From an uncultured Chloroflexia bacterium (GTDB taxonomy: Bacteria > Chloroflexota > Limnocylindria > Limnocylindrales > CSP1-4): a stretch of 64,000 nucleotides of DNA. The notes under the pieces were generated by a model. That model did no database searches and had not been told where the DNA came from. It was given only the letters and a program-made list of their open reading frames with translations. The stretch lies in assembly GCA_963735865.1 (NCBI GenBank), contig CAVTML010000002.1, positions 903,668-967,667 on the forward strand. Direction: 5' to 3'. The translations under genes and the position numbers were made by a program. Numbering within the stretch: position 1 is the stretch's first letter; the number at the start of each line of letters is the position of its first letter. Shown here in pieces: positions 36,487 through 45,471 of this stretch.

Positions 36487-39204
36487 ATGGCGGAGCCGCT
36501 CTCCTCGCTCATCCGTCCGGACACCGGTCCCAGCCTTCCCTTCCTCGCCCGCCTCGCGCCGCCTCCGGCGCCGAACCTCCTGGGGGCCGAGCTCGAGGGT
36601 CGGTCCAGCCCGGGGGACGTCGTCATCGACCTCTTCGGGCGCGGCGGGTGGGTCGCGCGCGCGGCCGTCGGCCGCCTGCGCCGGACGCTGGATTTCGAAT
36701 CGATGGCCCTGACGCGCCTGGTCGCCGAGGTCGTGCTGCGTCCGCCGGACCTGCGCCACTTCGACGCGGCCGTCGGCTCGCTCGGCGCCCAGCCGCGCGG
36801 CGAGAGCGGCCTCCGCCAGGCGCTGAACGCCTCGTTCGCCTCACGCTGCCCGACCTGCGGCCGGCCCATCGTGGTCGACGAGTTCGTCTGGGACGGTGAC
36901 GCCCCGGCCCCGTTCCGCAAGACCTACCGCTGCACGGCCTGCCGCGACCAGCTGGGCGGCGGCGAGCAGCGCTCGGCACCCACCGACGACGCCGACATCG
37001 CCCTCGCTTCGGCACTCGTCGGCTCGGCCGAGGCGACCCGGGCGCGCGAAGCGCTGCGGGAGCGCTTCCCTGAGCCGGAAGGCGCCAACGACCTGGCCGA
37101 CCGCATCCTGGACCTCTACACGGCGCGCACCATGGTGGCCCTGCAGGCCATCCTCGAGCGCATCGAGCTGGACCTGCGCGCCGCGCCGATCGAGGCCGGC
37201 CTCCGCCTTGGCCTGGCCCATGCGCTGCTGCCGGCCAGCCGCCTCCACAGCTACCCCGGCCGCGTCGGCGCCCTGCGCATCGTGAACGGCACCGTCCGCC
37301 TGCCGGCCGACCGGCAGTGGCGCGAACGCAACCCGTGGCTGCTGTTCGAGGACGGCTGCCGCCTCGTGCGCGGGTTCATCCAGCGCCTGGAGGCCTCACC
37401 CGGTGGACCGCTCCAGGCGCGCCTGGGCGACGACCTGCAGGCCCTCGTCGAGGGCGCGGCCAATGTGGCCCTGCGCCGCGGCTCGGCCGCCCTGCCCGGC
37501 CAGGTCACGGTGGCCGACCGGACGGCGCCCGGCCGCAACCGCGTGCGCCTCGTACTGAGCCAGCCGCCGGTGCGCTGGTCGACCGAGACGCTCTCCTTCG
37601 CCTACCTCGCCACCTCGGTCGTCCTGGGCCGCGAAGCCGCCTCGCAGCTGCCCAGCGAGCCGCTCTTCACGTCGCTCCCGCGAGCGGAGTGGGGCTGGGA
37701 GGCGACGGCCCTGCGCCGAGGCATGGCCGCCGTGGTGCCCCTGCTGGCGTCCGACGCGCGCGCCATCCTGCTGCTCGAGGCGGGGCCCGCGGAGGGCCTC
37801 GTGGCCGGCGTCCTGGGCGGCGTCGGGGCGGGCTATGCCCTGACCGCGGCGCTGCTGGCCGAGAGCGAGGACGGCTACACCGGCGTCCTCGAGTTCGCAC
37901 CGCCGGGGGCGGCCCTCGGCCGGGGGCCGCGGACCCGTGCCAACGTGCCCCTGCCATCGCTCGAGGAGGCGGCCGAGGAGGGCGGTGCCTTCCGCCTGGC
38001 CGACGTGGAGGCGGCCACGGCCGAGGTCGCCGTGGAGGTGCTCAAGGCGCGCGGTGAGCCGGCCCGCTTCGAGCGGCTGCTCGGCGAGGTCATGGTCGGC
38101 CTGGACCGGCGGGGCCACCTGCGACGCCTCGTCGGCACCCGCACGTTCGGGGAGACGGAGGCGCGCAGCGCACGGGCCGCGGAGGCCCTGGGGCTGTTCG
38201 GCGAGGCCGGGCCACCACCGCTCGAGGCGCCGGCGGAAGAGCCCGGGGAGGTGGCCGAGCCGCCCGCCGCCCGCCCGCGGCGGGGACCGACCGGCGACTC
38301 TCCGATCGCGCCGCGGGGCAGCGACCAGGTGGGCCTGCTGCTCGACCTGATCATGGGCGAGCTGCGCCGGCCGCAGCATCCCCGGCTGGAGGAGCTCGAG
38401 CCGGGCCGCTGGTGGCTGCGCGACAAGCACGACATCGCCGAGGCGGCGGTGCCCCTGGCCGACCGGCTCGAATGGGCCGTCTTCTCGCTGCTCTCGACCT
38501 CCGGCCAGATCGGGGAGGCGGCCTTCTTCGATCGCATCGCCAGCATGTTCCGCGGCCACGACGCGCCCGACGAGGCGCTCGTGCGGGCCTGCCTGGAGAG
38601 TTACCGCAGCCCCGTCTCCACGGCCGAGGCGCTGCGCCCGGCGGACGATCTGCACGTCCGCTCGCGCGAGCACGCCGAGGCCATCGGCCTCATCACCGAC
38701 TTCGGCCATCGCCTCGGCATGCGCTGCTGGATCGGCGCCGCCGAGCAGCGCCACCTCTACGAGGGTGTGCCCCTCGGCGAGCGGCTGACCGAAGCCGAGC
38801 GGCGCGCCTACCTGCCGCTCATCTCGCGCGGCGCCCAGGAGGCCCTGGAGACGACCGACGCCATCTGGTACATCCGCCACAAGGCGACCTTCCTCTTCGA
38901 GGTCGAATGGACGGCCATGCTGACCGAGCCGGTCCTGCGCCGCGGGCCGCGCATCCCCACCGACGACGCCGTGGTGCGCTTCCTGGTCATCGCCCCCGAG
39001 CGCACGGAGCTGCTGCGCTACAAGCTGGCCTACTCGCCGCTGCTGCGGCGGACGATGGCGGCCGACAACTGGCACATCCTCAAGACGGACCACCTGCGCA
39101 CGCTCGTCGAGGGCGAGCCCGACCTGGGCCGCCTCGCGCCGCTGCTGGGCCTGGATCCGGAGATCGAGTCGGGCGGTGAGCAGCTGTCCCTCTTCGCCGG
39201 CTGA
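36487..39204 (+). CDS. 905-aa methyltransferase-like / Zn-ribbon / nuclease-like protein, unknown function
   Basis: SAM motif-I-like PGDVVIDLFGRGGW...LDFE. CPTCGRP...CTACRD ribbon. QPPV (37561-37572) where (D/N/S)PP(Y/F) is expected. C-terminal D-x13-FEVEW (38857-38910). Confidence 0.75.
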   Translation: MAEPLSSLIRPDTGPSLPFLARLAPPPAPNLLGAELEGRSSPGDVVIDLFGRGGWVARAAVGRLRRTLDFESMALTRLVAEVVLRPPDLRHFDAAVGSLGAQPRGESGLRQALNASFASRCPTCGRPIVVDEFVWDGDAPAPFRKTYRCTACRDQLGGGEQRSAPTDDADIALASALVGSAEATRAREALRERFPEPEGANDLADRILDLYTARTMVALQAILERIELDLRAAPIEAGLRLGLAHALLPASRLHSYPGRVGALRIVNGTVRLPADRQWRERNPWLLFEDGCRLVRGFIQRLEASPGGPLQARLGDDLQALVEGAANVALRRGSAALPGQVTVADRTAPGRNRVRLVLSQPPVRWSTETLSFAYLATSVVLGREAASQLPSEPLFTSLPRAEWGWEATALRRGMAAVVPLLASDARAILLLEAGPAEGLVAGVLGGVGAGYALTAALLAESEDGYTGVLEFAPPGAALGRGPRTRANVPLPSLEEAAEEGGAFRLADVEAATAEVAVEVLKARGEPARFERLLGEVMVGLDRRGHLRRLVGTRTFGETEARSARAAEALGLFGEAGPPPLEAPAEEPGEVAEPPAARPRRGPTGDSPIAPRGSDQVGLLLDLIMGELRRPQHPRLEELEPGRWWLRDKHDIAEAAVPLADRLEWAVFSLLSTSGQIGEAAFFDRIASMFRGHDAPDEALVRACLESYRSPVSTAEALRPADDLHVRSREHAEAIGLITDFGHRLGMRCWIGAAEQRHLYEGVPLGERLTEAERRAYLPLISRGAQEALETTDAIWYIRHKATFLFEVEWTAMLTEPVLRRGPRIPTDDAVVRFLVIAPERTELLRYKLAYSPLLRRTMAADNWHILKTDHLRTLVEGEPDLGRLAPLLGLDPEIESGGEQLSLFAG

Positions 39205-39355
39205 GGTCGCCGGTCGCCTGAGCCGCCGGGTGGCGTTGCGATGCGTTCAGCGGCTATGATGGGGCCCTCAGCCACGTGATTCGCACGTGCGCGTGGCATC
39301 TCGCACGAATATCGCGGTCCGGCCGAGCCGGAGCCGCACAGCAACCGGAGGCCCC

Positions 39356-40702
39356 ATGGCCGTCAAGCCCGCCCCGCCCCGTCTCGCCCGTGAGCGTCAG
39401 ATCGAGCTTCGCCGCCGTGCCGAGCGGATCATGCCCGGCGGTGTCGACAGCAACTTCCGCGACTGGGGCGCCGACACCATCTATGTCGCGCGCGGCAAGG
39501 GCGGCCGGGTCTGGGACCTCGACGACAACGAGTACATCGACCTCCGCATGGGCTACGGGCCGGCCATCCTGGGCCACGGCGACCCGCGCATCGACGACGC
39601 GGTGGCCGAGCGGATGCGGCTGGGGGTCAGCTTCAGCCTGACCAGCGAGGACGAGGTCCGGGCGTGCCAGCTGGTGGTCGACCTGACCTTCTGCGACATG
39701 GCCCGCCTGGCCACCTCGGGCAGCGACGCGACGATGCACGCGATGCGGCTGGCGCGGGCCTTCACCGGGCGCGACCTGATCGTCAAGTTCGAGGGCCAGT
39801 ACCACGGCATGCACGACTACGCGCTGATCAGCGTGCTGCCCAACGACGTCAGCGAGCTCGGCGACGTGGATGAGCCGGTGCGCCTGGCCTGGGGCCGCGG
39901 CATCCCGCGCGCGGTGGCCGACACCATGGTGCCGGTCCGCTACAACGACCTGGCCGGGTTGCGCCGCATCTTCGAGCGCGACGGCGACCGCATCGCCGGG
40001 GTCATCATCGAGCCGGTCCTCGGCAACGCCCAGGGCATCCTGCCCCAGGCGGGTTTCCTGGCCGGGGTGCGGGCCCTGACCGAGGAGTTCAAGGCCGTCC
40101 TGATCTTCGACGAGGTCAAGACCGGCTTCCGCTTCGCCCGCGGCGGCGCGGCCGAGTTCTTCGGCATCCGGCCGGACCTGGCCACGTACGCCAAGGCGAT
40201 GGGCAACGGCTACCCGGTGGCCGCCTTCGGCGGGCGCCGCGACATCCTGGAGCTGCTGCCCCACCACGTCAGCCACGGTGGGACGTACGCCGGCAACCGG
40301 GTCGCCGCGTCGGCCGCGGTGGCGACCCTGACGATCCTCAAGGAGACCGAGGCGCTGGCCACGGTGGCCACCACCGGCCGCCGGGTGCAGGGCGAGCTGC
40401 GCGCCATCCTGGACCGCCGCGGCCTGCCCTTCGTCTTCACCGGCCACCCCACGATGTTCGGCATCATGTTCACCGACGTGCTGCCGACCGATTACCGCGG
40501 CTGGGCCGACACCGACCACGAGCTGTACGACGAGCTGGCCAAGCAGATGATCCTGCGCGGGGCGATGCCCGAGCCCGACTCGCGCGAGCCGTGGTTCATG
40601 TGCGAGGCCCACGCCGCGGGCGACGACGTCGACCGGGTCGTGACGGCCTTCGAGGGCGCCCTCGACGCGGCGCTGGAGGCCCGCGCGGCCTCCCCGGCCT
40701 GA
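39356..40702 (+). CDS. class III pyridoxal-phosphate aminotransferase (glutamate-1-semialdehyde aminomutase-like)
   Basis: GGAG box before ATG 39356. IMPGGVDSNFR; PLP-lysine context FDEVKTGFR. Confidence 0.88.
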   Translation: MAVKPAPPRLARERQIELRRRAERIMPGGVDSNFRDWGADTIYVARGKGGRVWDLDDNEYIDLRMGYGPAILGHGDPRIDDAVAERMRLGVSFSLTSEDEVRACQLVVDLTFCDMARLATSGSDATMHAMRLARAFTGRDLIVKFEGQYHGMHDYALISVLPNDVSELGDVDEPVRLAWGRGIPRAVADTMVPVRYNDLAGLRRIFERDGDRIAGVIIEPVLGNAQGILPQAGFLAGVRALTEEFKAVLIFDEVKTGFRFARGGAAEFFGIRPDLATYAKAMGNGYPVAAFGGRRDILELLPHHVSHGGTYAGNRVAASAAVATLTILKETEALATVATTGRRVQGELRAILDRRGLPFVFTGHPTMFGIMFTDVLPTDYRGWADTDHELYDELAKQMILRGAMPEPDSREPWFMCEAHAAGDDVDRVVTAFEGALDAALEARAASPA

Positions 40703-40735
40703 TCGCCCCGCCGCCGCGGGGAGGCCCGCGGGCGG

Positions 40736-40741
40736 TAGGCT
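40736..40741 (+). promoter_or_regulatory. -10-like hexamer TAGGCT, 6 nt before GTG 40748
   Basis: TAGGCT-aatgcc-GTG. Confidence 0.35.
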
Positions 40742-40747
40742 AATGCC

Positions 40748-41587
40748 GTGGAGGAGCTGAACGCCTCACTGGTCGCCCTCGGCGAGCGCCTCGTGGTGGC
40801 CGTCCTCGTGGTCATCGTGGCGCTGCTGGCGCTGCGCGTCGGGCGCGGCGCGATCCGCCGCAGCGTCGCCGCCATGGCCGCCCGGGCGGAGGCCGAGGCG
40901 CCGGCCGATGCCCGCGAGGAAGGCCGCAAGCGCCTGGCCACGGTGGAGACCCTGGCCCGTTACGCGTGGCTGGTGTTCGTCACGGTCGTGGCATCGCTGA
41001 CGGTCCTCAGCCAGCTGGGCGTCGACGTGGGCCCCGCCATCACCGGCCTCGGCATCGTGGGCATCGCCATCGGCTTCGGGGCCCAGCAGATCGTCCGCGA
41101 CTACTTCGGCGGCACGCTCATCCTGCTGGAGAACCAGTACGCCAAGGGCGACGTGGTGACGCTGGTCGGGGTCACCGGAGTCGTCGAGGAGTTCACCCTG
41201 CGGCGGACGGTCCTGCGTGACACCGACGGCATCGTCCACAACGTGCCCAACGGGGCGATCGTGGTCGCCTCCAACCGCACCCGCGTGTGGCGCCGCATCA
41301 ACCAGGACGTGGTCATCGCCTACGGCCACGACGTGGAGCAGGCCATCGCCGTGCTCGACGACGTGGGCCAGCGCCTGGCCGCCGACCCGGCCTGGCGCGA
41401 CCGCATCCTGGAGGTGCCACGCGTCGATCGGGTCGACCGTCTGGGCGACCAGGGGGTCACGCTCAAGATCCTGGGCACCGTCCGCGCCGCCGACCACCTG
41501 GCCGTGGCCGGCGAGCTGCGGCGTCGCCTGGCCGTGGCCATGGCGGCGAGCGGCCTCGACCCGCGACCGCCCGCGCCGCCCGCCTAG
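40748..41587 (+). CDS. small-conductance mechanosensitive channel (MscS family)
   Basis: Three TM segments, then GIAIGFGAQQIVRDYFGG...GDVV...G.VEEFTLRRTVLRDTDG. Confidence 0.85.
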   Translation: MEELNASLVALGERLVVAVLVVIVALLALRVGRGAIRRSVAAMAARAEAEAPADAREEGRKRLATVETLARYAWLVFVTVVASLTVLSQLGVDVGPAITGLGIVGIAIGFGAQQIVRDYFGGTLILLENQYAKGDVVTLVGVTGVVEEFTLRRTVLRDTDGIVHNVPNGAIVVASNRTRVWRRINQDVVIAYGHDVEQAIAVLDDVGQRLAADPAWRDRILEVPRVDRVDRLGDQGVTLKILGTVRAADHLAVAGELRRRLAVAMAASGLDPRPPAPPA

Positions 41588-41590
41588 AAT
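41585..41590 (+). promoter_or_regulatory. -10-like hexamer TAGAAT, 9 nt before the acs ATG
   Basis: TAGAAT-gagccgagg-ATG. The longer gap makes this a weaker instance. Confidence 0.3.
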
Positions 41591-41599
41591 GAGCCGAGG

Positions 41600-43561
41600 A
41601 TGAGCACCGAACCCGCCGAGATCGAGAACCTCCTGGCCGAGCGCCGGACGTTCCCGCCCGATCCCGCCTTCACCGCCCAGGCCAACGCCAAGCAGGGTCT
41701 CTACGCGGAGGCCGAGCGGGACCCCGAGGCCTTCTGGGCGCGCATCGCGCGCGAGCGGATCAGCTGGTCGACGCCGTTCGAGACGACGCTCGAATGGGAC
41801 CTCCCGTTCGCCAAGTGGTTCGTCGGCGGCAAGCTCAACGTGGCCTATAACTGCGTCGACCGGCACGTCGAGGCGGGCCTGGGGGCCAAGGTCGCCTACC
41901 ACTGGATCGGCGAGCCCGGCGACGTGCGGACGATCACCTACGCCGACCTGCTGGCGGAGGTCCAGAGGGCCGCCAACGCCCTCAAGGCGCTCGGCGTGGA
42001 GACCGGCGACCGGGTCGCCATCTACATGCCCATGATCCCCGAGCTGCCCATCGCCATGCTGGCCTGCGCCCGCCTCGGGGCACCCCACACGGTCGTCTTT
42101 GGCGGCTTCAGCGCCGAAGCCCTGGCCGGCCGTATCAACGACGCCCAGGCCAAGCTGGTCATCACCGCCGACGGCGGCTGGCGGCGTGGCAAGCCGAGCG
42201 AGCTCAAGCCGGCCGTTGACGCGGCGCTCCTGGAGACGCCCAGCGTGGAGCACGTCCTGGTGGTGCGGCGCCTCGGCGACGCGGCCACGGGCGTGACCAT
42301 GACGCCGGAGCGCGACGTGTGGTGGCACGACCTCGTGGCGAGCCAGGCGGCCGACTGCCCGCCGGTGCCGGTCGACAGCGAGCACATGCTCTACCTGCTC
42401 TACACCAGCGGCACGACGGCCAAGCCCAAGGGCATCGTCCACACCACCGCCGGGTACCTTGTGGGCACGAGTTACACCCACCAGGCGATCTTCGACCTCA
42501 AGCCCGACGACGTGTACTGGTGCGCCGCCGACGTGGGCTGGGTCACCGGCCACAGCTACATCGTCTACGGGCCGCTGGCCAACGCCGCCACCGGCGTGAT
42601 GTACGAGGGGACGCCCGACACGCCGGCCTGGGACCGCTGGTGGCAGATCGTGGAGCAGCACAAGGTCTCGATCCTCTACTGCGCCCCGACGGCCATCCGG
42701 GCCTTCATGAAGCAGGGCGAGGCGTGGCCCGAGAAGCACGACCTCTCGACCCTCCGCCTGCTCGGCTCGGTCGGCGAGCCCATCAACCCCGAGGCCTGGC
42801 TGTGGTACCAGCGCGTCATCGGGAGCGGCCGGGCGCCCATCGTCGACACCTGGTGGCAGACCGAGACGGGCATGATCATGATCACGCCCCTGCCCGGCGT
42901 CACGACGACCAAGCCGGGCAGCGCGACGTTCCCGTTCCCCGGCGTCGAGGCCGACGTCGTCGACGCCAAGGGCCGCTCCGTGCCCTTCGGGGGCGGCGGC
43001 TACCTCGTCCTCAAGCGTCCGTGGCCGGCCATGCTGCGGGGCATCTACGGCGACCCGGAGCGGTATCGCCAGACCTACTGGAGCCGCTTCCCCGGCATGT
43101 ACTTCGCGGGCGACGGCGCGAAGCGCGACGAGGACGGCTACATCTGGCTGCTGGGGCGCGTCGACGACGTGATGAACGTCTCCGGCCACCGCCTCTCGAC
43201 CATCGAGGTCGAGTCGGCCCTGGTCGACCACCCGTCGGTGGCCGAGGCGGCCGTGGTCGGCCGGACCGACCCGATCACCGGCCAGGCCATCTTCGCCTTC
43301 GTCATCCTCAAGGCGGGGCAGGAGCCGTCCGACGCGCTCGGCCACGAGCTCCGTGAGCATGTCGCCCAGGTCATCGGGCCGCTGGCGAGGCCGCGCTATC
43401 TGCTCTTCACGCCGGATCTGCCCAAGACCCGCTCGGGCAAGATCATGCGCCGCCTCTTGCGCGATCTGGCGGAAGGTCGCACGCTTGGCGACACGACCAC
43501 GCTCGCCGATGCCGGCGTCGTGGAGACGATCCGCTCGAACACCGGTCGGGCGGAGGAGTAG
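41600..43561 (+). CDS. acs: acetyl-CoA synthetase
   Basis: 653 aa. AMP-binding [11 protein letters not shown] and a C-terminal [11 protein letters not shown]. Confidence 0.95.
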   Translation: MSTEPAEIENLLAERRTFPPDPAFTAQANAKQGLYAEAERDPEAFWARIARERISWSTPFETTLEWDLPFAKWFVGGKLNVAYNCVDRHVEAGLGAKVAYHWIGEPGDVRTITYADLLAEVQRAANALKALGVETGDRVAIYMPMIPELPIAMLACARLGAPHTVVFGGFSAEALAGRINDAQAKLVITADGGWRRGKPSELKPAVDAALLETPSVEHVLVVRRLGDAATGVTMTPERDVWWHDLVASQAADCPPVPVDSEHMLYLLYTSGTTAKPKGIVHTTAGYLVGTSYTHQAIFDLKPDDVYWCAADVGWVTGHSYIVYGPLANAATGVMYEGTPDTPAWDRWWQIVEQHKVSILYCAPTAIRAFMKQGEAWPEKHDLSTLRLLGSVGEPINPEAWLWYQRVIGSGRAPIVDTWWQTETGMIMITPLPGVTTTKPGSATFPFPGVEADVVDAKGRSVPFGGGGYLVLKRPWPAMLRGIYGDPERYRQTYWSRFPGMYFAGDGAKRDEDGYIWLLGRVDDVMNVSGHRLSTIEVESALVDHPSVAEAAVVGRTDPITGQAIFAFVILKAGQEPSDALGHELREHVAQVIGPLARPRYLLFTPDLPKTRSGKIMRRLLRDLAEGRTLGDTTTLADAGVVETIRSNTGRAEE

Positions 43562-43572
43562 GAGAGCCCTCG

Positions 43573-44217
43573 ATGCCGTCGTTCAGGCTCTTCGGACGCA
43601 ACGAAGCCCCGGCTCCCCCGGAGGAGGAGGCGCCGCGGGCGCCGCGCGCCCCCGCACCCGACACCGACCAGGGCGTGCCGTTCGACGCCCTGACCGAGGA
43701 CTGGCGCCTGCTGGGCATGATGCGCATCAAGGGCCGCCTCTCGGATGCCCTCAACAAGCGCGAGGCGATCCCCATCACGGATGTCAGCTGGGCGCCCTCC
43801 GATGGCAGCGCTGCGTTCACGCCGGCGCCCGGGCTGCAGGCGGTGGACCCCTACGATCTCGTCGTCGTGCTGGGCGGCAAGGACTCGCTACCGCCGCAGA
43901 CCGATGAGGAGCGCTCGGCCCATCGCATCCACAAGGTGGACTACGCGGTCGCCCTGGAGTGCCCGCCGTTCCGCATCGTCGGCATGGTGCACCTGTTCCC
44001 CGGCACCGAGCCGGCTCGCCTCCTGGACCGCACCACGGAGCTGTTCATCCCCGTGACCAATGCCCAGGCGTTCCACGGCAGCCAGCGGGTGGGTGACGCG
44101 AACGTGGACGTGGCGCTCGTGAACCGCAGCTACCTGCGGGGCGTCGAGCAGCTCGACGAAGGGTCGGTGGCGCCGGGCGCCGCTGGCTCGTCCGAGGCCC
44201 GCGCCCAGGAGGGCTGA
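43573..44217 (+). CDS. hypothetical protein
   Basis: 214-aa ORF 11 nt after acs, with genome-typical codon bias. No recognisable motif. Confidence 0.6.
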   Translation: MPSFRLFGRNEAPAPPEEEAPRAPRAPAPDTDQGVPFDALTEDWRLLGMMRIKGRLSDALNKREAIPITDVSWAPSDGSAAFTPAPGLQAVDPYDLVVVLGGKDSLPPQTDEERSAHRIHKVDYAVALECPPFRIVGMVHLFPGTEPARLLDRTTELFIPVTNAQAFHGSQRVGDANVDVALVNRSYLRGVEQLDEGSVAPGAAGSSEARAQEG

Positions 44218-44224
44218 CGGGCGG

Positions 44225-45446
44225 TCAGACGCGCGCGGGCTGAGGCCGGCTGAGGAGGTTGCCCAGGAAGCCGCGCTCGACCTGCGGCTCGGGGGCCCGG
44301 TCGAGCAGGCGGTCGGCCAGGACCAGGAAGTCCTCGGTGACCTTCTCGCGCGGGAAGCGCTCCACGACGGTCGTGCCCTCGTTGGCCGCCTTGACGAAGA
44401 GCGGCCCGGCGGAGCGGATCTCGGCGAAGGCGCGCAGGCCGGTCGTCTTCTCCATGTCGCTGATGCTCACACCGCTGTTGGCGCGGTTGACGACCATCGT
44501 GAGCCGGTCACGGATGCCGGCCTGATCGGCGATCTCCAGGAACTGCATCGCGGCGCGCAGGGCCGGCACGTCCGGGCGTGACCGGCACGAGGATGCGGTC
44601 GCACCGCTCGAAGATGGCCCGGTTGAGGGCGCCGTAGTCGGGGTGCATGTCGATGATGACGATGTCGAAGCCGAACCGCGAGCGGGCCAGGGCCTCGCCC
44701 ATGGCCGCCGGGTCGATCTGCTCCACCTGGAGCGGGTTGCTGACCAGCGCGGCCACGCGCAGCCCGTTGGCATGCGCGGCGGCGATGCCGCCGAAGTTGC
44801 GCGGCACGCCCTCGTCGTCGTCAAGCGCATCGGCGACGGACTTGAGGTGCTCGAGGCCGAGTGACGTGGCGATGTGGCCGCTCGTCGTGTCGGCGTCGAT
44901 GAGGAGGACGTTCTGGCCGCGCTGCGTCTGGAGCGCCGACGCCAGGTTGGTCGCCAGGCTCGTCTTGCCCACGCCGCCCTTGGGATTGAAGATGCCGATC
45001 ACGAGGGCCCGCGTGGCCAGGCCGTCGCCCGGCAGCTCGGCGGCCAGGATGGGGCCGCTCCCGTCATCGAACGTCTGGGAGCGGATGAGCATCGCTTCGA
45101 CCCGCCAGCGCAGCGACTCGGCGCTGTAGGGCCGGGTGAAGTACTCGGTCGAGTCGGCGTCCATGGAGTTGGTCGTCAGCCGCTCGAAGGCCTTGGGCGA
45201 GACGACCATGAGGGTCGGCACCTCGACGCCGTTGCCATGGAGCAGGCTGTACAGCTCGAGCGAGTCGTCGAAGTCGGTCTCGCCGTCGATGATGGCGACG
45301 CCGATGTCACGTCGCTTGGCCAGGGTGGGCCCGGCCTGCGCCGCGTTGGCGGCGTGGAGGACGGAGAAGCCGGCCTCGGTCAGGGCCGCGCCGACGGGCG
45401 TGCACTCATCGATGGGCAGGCAGCACAGGATGGTCGGACGGGCCAC
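44225..45446 (-). pseudogene. receiver-domain / ParA-MinD (CpaE-like) ATPase interrupted by a 1-nt frameshift
   Basis: Two overlapping ORFs join cleanly as ...RILVPVTP|DVPALRAAMQFLEI... if one base is dropped from CCCGGAC (fwd 44571-44577). Deviant Walker A NPKGGVGKTS. Confidence 0.75.
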
Positions 45447-45471
45447 GGACGCGATGCCTCCTCGCCCGGGT

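Noticed and set aside
43573-44217. PilZ-type c-di-GMP receptor in the 214-aa protein after acs (RIKGR followed by DVSWAP).
   Set aside because: The second half-motif (D/N)xSxxG is not satisfied because Pro replaces Gly. The spacing and context are unconvincing, so the protein is left as hypothetical.
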